21,231 bases of DNA, taken from contig JANPJS010000169.1 in NCBI GenBank assembly GCA_031425655.1, positions 1 to 21,231 on the forward strand, written 5' to 3'. Origin of the DNA: Abditibacteriaceae bacterium (GTDB taxonomy: Bacteria; Armatimonadota; Abditibacteriia; Abditibacteriales; Abditibacteriaceae). The notes beneath the pieces are model-generated. The model made no database searches. It worked only from the letters and a program-made list of their open reading frames with translations, and was not told the origin of the DNA. The translations under genes were made by a program, and so were the position numbers. Positions 14,831 through 21,231 of the stretch are shown one piece after another; within the stretch, counting starts at the first letter, position 1; every line of letters starts with the position of its first letter.

Positions 14831-15808
14831 TTAATACGGCCCGCGAATGTGTTCTTCGACCTGCGTTTCGTAGAACTCGCGCAGTTTCGCGTGCAATTCG
14901 GCGCTGAGCGGCGGCAGATCGCTGGCCGAGACGTTGGATTGCACCTGCCGGACATTGCTGGCGCCGGGAATTATGGTGCTGACCGCTGGGAAATCCAAAA
15001 TCCAGCGCAGCGCCATTTGCGCCATCGTCATGCCTTCGGGCACCAGCGGCTTGATCGCATCTGCTAATTCGACGCCCTTTTCAAAAGGCAAACCCGCGAA
15101 GGTTTCGCCGACGTTGAACGCCTGCCCGTCGCGGTTGAAGTTGCGATGGTCTGCTTTCTCGAAGTGCGTTTCTTTAGTGAATTTGCCCGACAATAGCCCG
15201 CTCGCCAAAGGCAATCGCACGATCAGCGCGACGTTTTTGGCCTGCGCCGCCTCGAAAAGCGCCTCAATCGGCTTCTGCCGGAGGATATTGAAAATAATTT
15301 GCAGCGAAGCCAGTCCTTCTTGTTCGAGGCAAATGAGCGCCTCGTCCATGCTTTCGACGCTGGCGCCGAAGCGCCGAATCTTGCCTTCCTGCCGCAAAAC
15401 GCGCAGGTTATCGAAGATTTCGCCCTGCCGCAGCACGTCGGTCGGCACACAATGCAACTGCGTCAAGTCAAGCGTTTCGACACCGAGCCGCCGCAGCGAA
15501 TTCTCGCTATGAACGCGCATGGAATCCAACGTAAAATTAGCGGGCCAGCCGGGTTGTCCGCCGCGACCAAGCTTGGTCGCGACAAAAACATCGGCGCCGC
15601 TTTCCTGCAAAAAACGCCCGATCAGCTTTTCGCTGCGCCCGTCGCCGTAAACGTCGGCGGTGTCGAAAAAAGTCACGCCGCGCGCTGCGGCTTCGCGCAA
15701 AATGGCGAGGGATTCGTCTTCGCTGACTTCTCCCCACGAGCCGCCGATTTGCCATGTCCCCAGCCCGACTTCTGAGACTTGCGTATTCTCAAATTTTCTT
15801 GATTGCAT
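14831..15808 (-). CDS. Aldo/keto reductase (~325 aa)
   Basis: VSEVGLGTWQIGG, FFDTADVYGDGRSE, SLRRLGVETLDLTQLH, PLASGLLSGK, IPGA. Start trimmed to ATG 15808 with an AGGAG RBS at 15814-15818. Confidence 0.93.
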   Translation of the reverse strand: MQSRKFENTQVSEVGLGTWQIGGSWGEVSEDESLAILREAAARGVTFFDTADVYGDGRSEKLIGRFLQESGADVFVATKLGRGGQPGWPANFTLDSMRVHSENSLRRLGVETLDLTQLHCVPTDVLRQGEIFDNLRVLRQEGKIRRFGASVESMDEALICLEQEGLASLQIIFNILRQKPIEALFEAAQAKNVALIVRLPLASGLLSGKFTKETHFEKADHRNFNRDGQAFNVGETFAGLPFEKGVELADAIKPLVPEGMTMAQMALRWILDFPAVSTIIPGASNVRQVQSNVSASDLPPLSAELHAKLREFYETQVEEHIRGPY

Positions 15809-15819
15809 TGAATCTCCTG

Positions 15820-15937
15820 AAATTTTCAATAGAACACGGGCTTCGCACACGGATTACACGGATTTTCACGGTTTAAATCGAAAAAACCGTGAAAATCCGT
15901 GGCTGTTTCCGTGAAATCCGTGTTCCATTGAAAATTT
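15820..15937. repeat. Inverted array of CACGG(AT)-type 9-10 bp units without cargo
   Basis: Outer IR 15820-15839 / 15918-15937 matches 19/20. Inner IR CACGGATTTTCACGGTTT (15857-15874) / 15884-15901 matches 18/18, with a 9-nt loop. The element fills the ychF-AKR gap. Confidence 0.9.
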
Positions 15938-17027
15938 ACACGCTGAAGCGGAAGTGCATGACATCGCCGTCTTGCACAACGTAATCTTTGCCCTCGACGC
16001 GCAGTTTGCCCGCCGCTTTAGCGCCTTTTTCGCCGCCCAACTCGATGTAGTCGTCGAACGCGATGACTTCGGCGCGAATGAAACCGCGCTCGAAATCGGT
16101 GTGAATTACTCCCGCCGCCTGCGGGCCGGTGTTGCCAACTTCGATTGTCCATGCGCGCACTTCTTTTTCGCCCGCCGTGAAATAGGTTTGCAGACCCATC
16201 AGGCTGTAACCGGCGCGAACCACGCGATTGAGGCCCGGCTCAGTCATCTTCATTTCGGAAAGGAACTCGATCTTTTCTTCGTCGCTGAGATCAACCAGTT
16301 CCGATTCCAGCGCCGCGCAAACCGGCACGACCGGCGCGCCTTCGGTTTTGGCGCGTTCCTCAACTTTCGCCAGATACGGGTTGCCGGTTGGGTCGGCGTC
16401 GTTGATATTGGCGACATACATCACCGGCTTGGCCGTGAGAAAGGTGAAGGGTTTAATCAGCGCAAGCTGCTCGTCCGATAATCCCAGCGCGCGAATAGGG
16501 CGGCCTTCGTTGAGTTGCGGCTGGATTTGTTCCAGCAGCGCGACGGTTGGCGCCGCCATTTTGTCGCCGGCTTTGATTTGCTTGGTCATGCGCGAGATGG
16601 CTTTTTCCAGTGTCGTCATGTCGGCTAAAGCCAGCTCGATGTCAATGACTTCGATGTCAGCAATTGGGTCAACGTGTCCGGCGACGTGAACCACATCTTC
16701 GTTCTCGAAGCAGCGCACAACGTGCGCGATGGCGTCGGTTTCCCGAATATTCGCTAAAAATTGGTTGCCCAGTCCTTCGCCTTTTGAGGCTCCGGCGACC
16801 AGTCCGGCGATGTCCACGAACTCCGTCACAGCCGCCACCACGCGCTGCGGTTTGACGATGTCGGCGAGTTGCTGCATCCGCGCGTCAGGCACTTCGACGA
16901 TGCCGACGTTCGGCTCAATCGTGCAGAAAGGATAATTCTCGGCGGCGATGCCGGCGCGCGTTAAAGCGTTGAATAAAGTTGATTTGCCGACGTTCGGCAG
17001 GCCTACGATCCCACATTTCAAACTCAT
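15936..17027 (-). CDS. ychF: Redox-regulated ribosome-binding ATPase YchF (Obg family), 363 aa
   Basis: [51 protein letters not shown], and TGS domain [16 protein letters not shown]...[14 protein letters not shown]. Confidence 0.98.
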   Translation of the reverse strand: MSLKCGIVGLPNVGKSTLFNALTRAGIAAENYPFCTIEPNVGIVEVPDARMQQLADIVKPQRVVAAVTEFVDIAGLVAGASKGEGLGNQFLANIRETDAIAHVVRCFENEDVVHVAGHVDPIADIEVIDIELALADMTTLEKAISRMTKQIKAGDKMAAPTVALLEQIQPQLNEGRPIRALGLSDEQLALIKPFTFLTAKPVMYVANINDADPTGNPYLAKVEERAKTEGAPVVPVCAALESELVDLSDEEKIEFLSEMKMTEPGLNRVVRAGYSLMGLQTYFTAGEKEVRAWTIEVGNTGPQAAGVIHTDFERGFIRAEVIAFDDYIELGGEKGAKAAGKLRVEGKDYVVQDGDVMHFRFSV

Positions 17028-17062
17028 TTGATGGTTCAGTCCTCAGATAATTTGGCCCGCTA

Positions 17063-17068
17063 AGTATA
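17063..17068 (-). promoter_or_regulatory. Putative -10 box (TATACT) for ychF
   Basis: Near-consensus hexamer on the minus strand 35 nt upstream of the ychF ATG. The -35 region would fall in the adjacent repeat. Confidence 0.4.
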
Positions 17069-17075
17069 AGTTATG

Positions 17076-17235
17076 GCCCTCACCCCCGGCCCCTCTCCCC
17101 AAACGGCGGGGAGAGGGGAGCGAAAATCACAGCTTAATCGCATTTTGCGAAACGCGATTGAACTGAAGGTTGAGTCACCCCTCTCCCCGCCGTTTGGGGA
17201 GAGGCGGGTGCCCTCTGGGCAGGTGGGGTGAGGGC
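17076..17235. repeat. Paired CCCTCACCCC...CCTCTCCCC-N7-GGGGAGAGG REP-like element
   Basis: Perfect 27-bp IR 17092-17118 / 17178-17204, each arm itself a hairpin. Outer IR GCCCTCACCCC / GGGGTGAGGGC. Central imperfect hairpin at 17130-17165. Confidence 0.9.
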
Positions 17236-17289
17236 ATTCAAGCCCCGAATCTGTTAAACAGGGGAACGACATCACGAGGAAAGAAATAC

Positions 17290-19278
17290 ATGACAGACAA
17301 ATTAAGCTGGGGCATTTTGGGCGCCGGCAACATCGCCAGAACTTTCGCGCGCGGCGTGCAAGGCTCGACAACCGGACAACTGGTGGCTGTGGGCAGCCGC
17401 GCTCAGGAATCGGCGGACAAATTCGCCGACGAATTTGGCATTGCCACGCGCCACGCGAGCTACGAAGCGTTGCTCGCCGACCCGCAGGTGCAGGCCGTCT
17501 ACATTTCGACGCCGCATCCGATGCACGCCGAATGGGCCATCAAAGCCGCCGAAGCCGGCAAGCACATTTTGTGCGAGAAGCCGCTGACGCTGAATTACCA
17601 TTCGGCGGCGGCGGTCGTCCACGCGGCGCGCGAAAACGACGTGTTTTTGATGGAAGCCTTCATGTATCGCTGCCATCCGCAAACCGCGAAAATCGCCGAA
17701 TTGGTGCGCGAGGGCGCCATCGGTAAAGTGCAGATGATTCAGGCAACTTTCAGCTTTCAAGCCGGATTCAACGCCGAAAGCCGGCTTTTCAAGAACGAAT
17801 TGGGCGGCGGCGGCATTATGGATGTCGGCTGCTACGCGGCTTCGATGGCGCGTCTTATCGCCGGCGCCGCGAATGGAAAAGACTTTGTTGAGCCGCTGGA
17901 AATCAATGCCGTCGGGCATTTGGGCGAATCGAACGTGGACGAATACACCTCGCTCGTCGCCAAGTTTCCCGGCGACATCGTGGCACAGCTTTCAACCGGC
18001 GTGCGCGTCAACGGCGACAACAAAGTGCGCGTTTTCGGAACCGAAGGCAGCATTTTAGTCGAAGACCCGTGGATTCCCAGCCGCAACGGCGAGCCGACGA
18101 AAATCGTGCTCAATCAGAACGGAAAAGAGAGGCAGGAAATTGTTGTCGAAGTGCCGACGGGCGTTTATTCGCTCGAAGCCGACACGGTTGCGCGCAATAT
18201 CGAGGCGCGCCAATCGCGTGAAATGTCGCCCGACGACACGCTGGGCAATCTGCAAATGCTGGACAAATGGCGCGCGGCGATTGGCCTGACTTACGAAGCC
18301 GAGAAGCCCGTAAATTACACGCGCACTGCGGCCAACCGTGCGCTGGCGCGCGGCGCATCGCACAACATGAAATATGGCCGCGTGCCGGGGCTGGACAAAG
18401 ACGTTTCGCGTCTTGTCATGGGCTGCGACAATCAACGCTCGATGGCGCACGGCGCTACGATGTGGGACGACTTTTTCGAGCGCGGCGGCAACGCTTTCGA
18501 TACCGGCTACATTTACGGTGGCGGCTCAATTGAAAAGCTACTTGGCCAGTGGATCAAGAATCACGGTATCCGCGATCAAGTGACGGTCATCGTCAAAGGC
18601 GCGCACACTCCGGATTGTTATCCCGACCGGCTCACCAATCAACTAAAAATCAGTCTCGACCGCTTGCAGTTCGATTGCGCCGATATTTATTTCATGCACC
18701 GCGACAACCCGGAAATCCCCGTCGCGGATTTCATCGAAGAATTGAATGCGAACGTCAAAGCAGGCCGCATTAAAGCGTTTGGCGGCTCGAATTGGAGCGT
18801 TCAGCGCGTGCAGGAAGCCAACGATTACGCCGCATCAAAGGGTTTGCAGGGCTTTTCGGGCGTCAGCAACAATTTCAGTCTGGCGCGCATGGTTGACCCG
18901 GTTTGGAGCGGCTGCATTCACGCGTCGGACACCGCATCGCGCGCGTGGCTGACGCAAAATCAACTCGCACTTTTGCCGTGGAGCAGCCAGGCGCGCGGCT
19001 TTTTCGTGCGCGGCGACCGCAGTTTCACCGCCGACGAAGAACTGACGCGCTGCTGGTATGCCGACGACAACTTCGCGCGCTTGGAACGTGTGCAGCAAAT
19101 GGCCAAAGAACGCGGCTGGTCGCCGATCAACATCGCTTTGGCTTACGTTCTCAATCAGCCGTTCCCGACGTTCCCGTTAATCGGCCCGCGCACGCTGGAA
19201 GAAACCAAAAGCTCACTGGGTGGCCTCGACATTGAACTCACGCCCGCAGAGTTGAAGTGGCTCAACCTCGAAGATTGA
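17290..19278 (+). CDS. Gfo/Idh/MocA oxidoreductase fused to aldo/keto reductase (~662 aa)
   Basis: N-half: WGILGAGNIA, AVYISTPHPMH, GKHILCEKP, GGGGIMDVGCY. C-half: VSRLVMG, FDTGYIYGGG, SLDRLQ...DIYFMHRD, PWSSQARG, PLIGPRT. Start ATG 17290 with a GAGGA RBS. Confidence 0.93.
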   Translation: MTDKLSWGILGAGNIARTFARGVQGSTTGQLVAVGSRAQESADKFADEFGIATRHASYEALLADPQVQAVYISTPHPMHAEWAIKAAEAGKHILCEKPLTLNYHSAAAVVHAARENDVFLMEAFMYRCHPQTAKIAELVREGAIGKVQMIQATFSFQAGFNAESRLFKNELGGGGIMDVGCYAASMARLIAGAANGKDFVEPLEINAVGHLGESNVDEYTSLVAKFPGDIVAQLSTGVRVNGDNKVRVFGTEGSILVEDPWIPSRNGEPTKIVLNQNGKERQEIVVEVPTGVYSLEADTVARNIEARQSREMSPDDTLGNLQMLDKWRAAIGLTYEAEKPVNYTRTAANRALARGASHNMKYGRVPGLDKDVSRLVMGCDNQRSMAHGATMWDDFFERGGNAFDTGYIYGGGSIEKLLGQWIKNHGIRDQVTVIVKGAHTPDCYPDRLTNQLKISLDRLQFDCADIYFMHRDNPEIPVADFIEELNANVKAGRIKAFGGSNWSVQRVQEANDYAASKGLQGFSGVSNNFSLARMVDPVWSGCIHASDTASRAWLTQNQLALLPWSSQARGFFVRGDRSFTADEELTRCWYADDNFARLERVQQMAKERGWSPINIALAYVLNQPFPTFPLIGPRTLEETKSSLGGLDIELTPAELKWLNLED

Positions 19279-19297
19279 GGCGCGTTATGCATTTGGG

Positions 19298-19338
19298 AGC
19301 CGCTCATTAGTGGTTCTATGAATCACTAATGAGCGGCT
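19298..19338 (+). terminator. Long hairpin, likely terminator
   Basis: AGCCGCTCATTAGTGGTTC-TAT-GAATCACTAATGAGCGGCT: 18/19 stem 19 nt after the stop. The U-tract is weak. Confidence 0.6.
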
Positions 19339-19378
19339 TATCTGACCGAAAACGAAGAAGCACTCGCAAAATATTGTG

Positions 19379-19429
19379 AATTTTAGAAAAAAATTTCTAA
19401 ATTTTAGAAAAATTTGCTGCAAATTGACA
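19379..19429 (+). promoter_or_regulatory. Operator-like TTTAGAAA box array followed by TTGACA
   Basis: TTTAGAAA (19382-19389), TTTCTAAA (19394-19401), TTTAGAAA (19403-19410), then TTGACA at 19424-19429. No convincing -10 at 17-nt spacing. Confidence 0.4.
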
Positions 19430-19569
19430 CATATCTATTGGCTAAATACAGCCATGAGTATCCGAGGGGTTTTCGTTCCATGAGTGCACAAGCATTTTTC
19501 CAAGTCATAAAAAGCTAATCGCAAAGGGCAATTGAATCAACCACTGGTAGAGCAATGTTAGGAGGAAAG

Positions 19570-21094
19570 ATGCATAGGACGTTTTTGATTTGTCGGCGGG
19601 CAGTAGTATGTTCTCTCTTTTTGACAAGTCTCTCGTGCCAGCCAATGCATTCGGCGCCGAATCAAAAAGGGAAGGCAATAGCACCGGCACAAGACCTCAT
19701 CGAGAAGTCATCGGTAGGCACCCCACGTCCCTCTGGTGCCATAGTGGGTGAAGTCGCTAAAAGGCCGAGCACTCGACCATATTTAATTTTGGAAAAGCCG
19801 CAATTTCGTCCCTTTGTAAAAGCTGGTCAGATGGGGCCTGTTTCTATCAGTCTGGAGGCATCTATTCCAGGCCGTTTAGTCGCTGTATATAATGACAAAA
19901 AAGCGCATCGCTGTGGATTAGTTGTAGTTGATAGCGTCGGCACGAAGGATGGTAAGGATGCTTCAACACACGCAACAATGCAGATTTTCCCTTTGAGGAA
20001 ATTAGAATTTAAGACAAAATCGAATTACATTGTCTATTCTCCTCAATTTTCGCCGAGTGGCCGTTATGTGTTGTTCAAGTTTGGCAACCTGTTAGAGGCT
20101 CCTAATAAGTTCTGGCTATATATTCTCGATCTTCAGACTCAATCTCTGAACAAGGTAACTGACTTTGATTTGGCTTATGAATTTGTCTCATGGTCTCCCG
20201 ACGAAAACTATATAGCTTATGTTGCCGGCGGCGACTTCAGAGGGGGAACTATATTCGCGCTGTTTAATGAAGCCTACAATATCGGGCCTCAGGCATTGCT
20301 CGTCTGTAATCTTCGGAAAAATCTCCAGTATAGGGTGGCTACAAGTGATTATATTCGGGGGCCGTTCTACTGGGCTGCTCCTCATAGGCTCCTTTTCAGC
20401 CAATTGAAGGAGCAAGAAACAACCTTTCAAATTGGCGCTAAATCGTCTCCAGCGCCTACGACCAAATCTGCCCAAGCCAAGTCTCAGGAGGAAGATCAGG
20501 CAGCCGTGATCAAGCGACCAGACATTTACGAATTCAATGCTTTGCAGGGCAAAACGCGTGTAATTATCAAAGATGGCTTTCTACCCAATCCCTCTTTTAA
20601 CCAACATCTTGTGGCGTTTTGGGGCTCTAAAGATGTGGCAAGGCCCTCTCCACTGCCCTCCGGCTGGGCGGATTATGAAAACGATATGGCACTATCAGTC
20701 GCTCGGTATGATGGCAGCCAGCGGGTTCTACTGGATGCAGAAGAGGGGGAGTATCCTTTTATCATTTGGATGCCCGATAATCGTCATTTCCTTACAGTGC
20801 AGCAAGTAGCGGGAAGCCCAGAGGCTGAAGCGGAAATCAAGGAATGGAACGTTGGAGATCAACATTTTCGCCTGGTAGCTCACATTAAAGCTGTTGATTA
20901 CAAGCCAATTGAATCTGAGCGAGTTTTTCCTAAGTTCCGGCCTTTATACGTTACTTCCGATAGCTCATCGCTTTGGTTAATGGTGAATGAGTGGGTAGGG
21001 GGTGACAAAAAGTTTGTAGCTGATATAGGGTTGAAGACTCTCCAACTCATTGACTTGAAATCAGGAGTGGCTAAACCTAATTTTAAAGTGAAGG
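19570..21094 (+). CDS. TolB/WD40-like beta-propeller exported protein, 508 codons up to an IS insertion (absent from ORF track)
   Basis: Translated by hand: AGGAGG (19560-19565), ATG 19570, MHRTFLICRRAVVCSLFLTSLSCQP...PQFSPSGRYVLF...LYILDLQTQSL...VSWSPDENYIAY...IIWMPDNRHFL...LQLIDLKSG. No stop occurs in this frame through the window end. Confidence 0.85.
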
Positions 21095-21231
21095 TGACCT
21101 GCACCCCAAAAACTGATCCATTTGAAAGGTTAGAATCTCAGCCAAAGGAACGACGAGATGAAAACCCGACAGTGGAGCGAGGAACGGATTATCGGCCTGT
21201 TACAGCAGGCGGAAAAAGGCGAGACAACCAT
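21095..21231 (+). mobile_element. Left end of an IS3-family (IS407-group-like) insertion sequence
   Basis: Begins TGACCTGCACCCC (IS3-type TG end, IS407-like), has a TAGAAT -10-like hexamer at 21131, an AAGGA RBS and an OrfA start at 21158. Confidence 0.85.
21158..21231 (+). CDS. IS3-family transposase OrfA, N-terminal fragment (runs off window)
   Basis: MKTRQWSEERIIGLLQQAEKGETT resembles the MKKxRFTEEQIIxILxxAExG start of IS3 OrfA proteins. Confidence 0.85.
   Translation, partial: MKTRQWSEERIIGLLQQAEKGETT

Noticed and set aside
17060..17371. 103-aa minus-strand ORF
   Set aside because: It is derived from the REP-like repeat and antisense to the Gfo-AKR start, with no protein-like features.
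19505..21104. Short ORFs listed in the AT-rich tail (19505-19690, 20188-20475, 20219-20407, 20573-20809, 20898-21104)
   Set aside because: All overlap the long open frame starting at 19570, which has an RBS and coherent propeller motifs.

Overview
GC-rich bacterial chromosomal segment. The gene content and repeat style suggest an Abditibacteriota/Armatimonadota-like organism, which is an inference and not verified. It carries about 15 genes: a secreted protein with a copper-amine-oxidase-N-like domain, a degenerate Gfo/Idh/MocA protein, a PQQ/BamB-like propeller, a secreted protein with a probably inactive peptidase-MA-like domain, an orphan zf-HC2 anti-sigma-like protein, cysC, ppk2, a response regulator with a Zn-ribbon output, a UbiA-family prenyl-phosphate phosphoribosyltransferase, a small acidic hypothetical, a 5'-truncated aroB, a DUF4349 lipoprotein, an aldo/keto reductase, ychF and a Gfo-AKR fusion. 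An AT-richer tail holds a TolB-like propeller gene that the ORF track missed; it is interrupted by the left end of an IS3 (IS407-group) element. The most striking feature is non-coding. Many intergenic spaces hold a palindromic element, several built from short 7-15 bp tandem units. One of these (12974-13415) encloses a cargo gene and supplies both the upstream stop codon and the cargo start codon, while a related element (15820-15937) is empty. There are also two MITE-like elements (one nested inside a REP-like hairpin) and an apparent microhomology junction between a REP-like arm and aroB.
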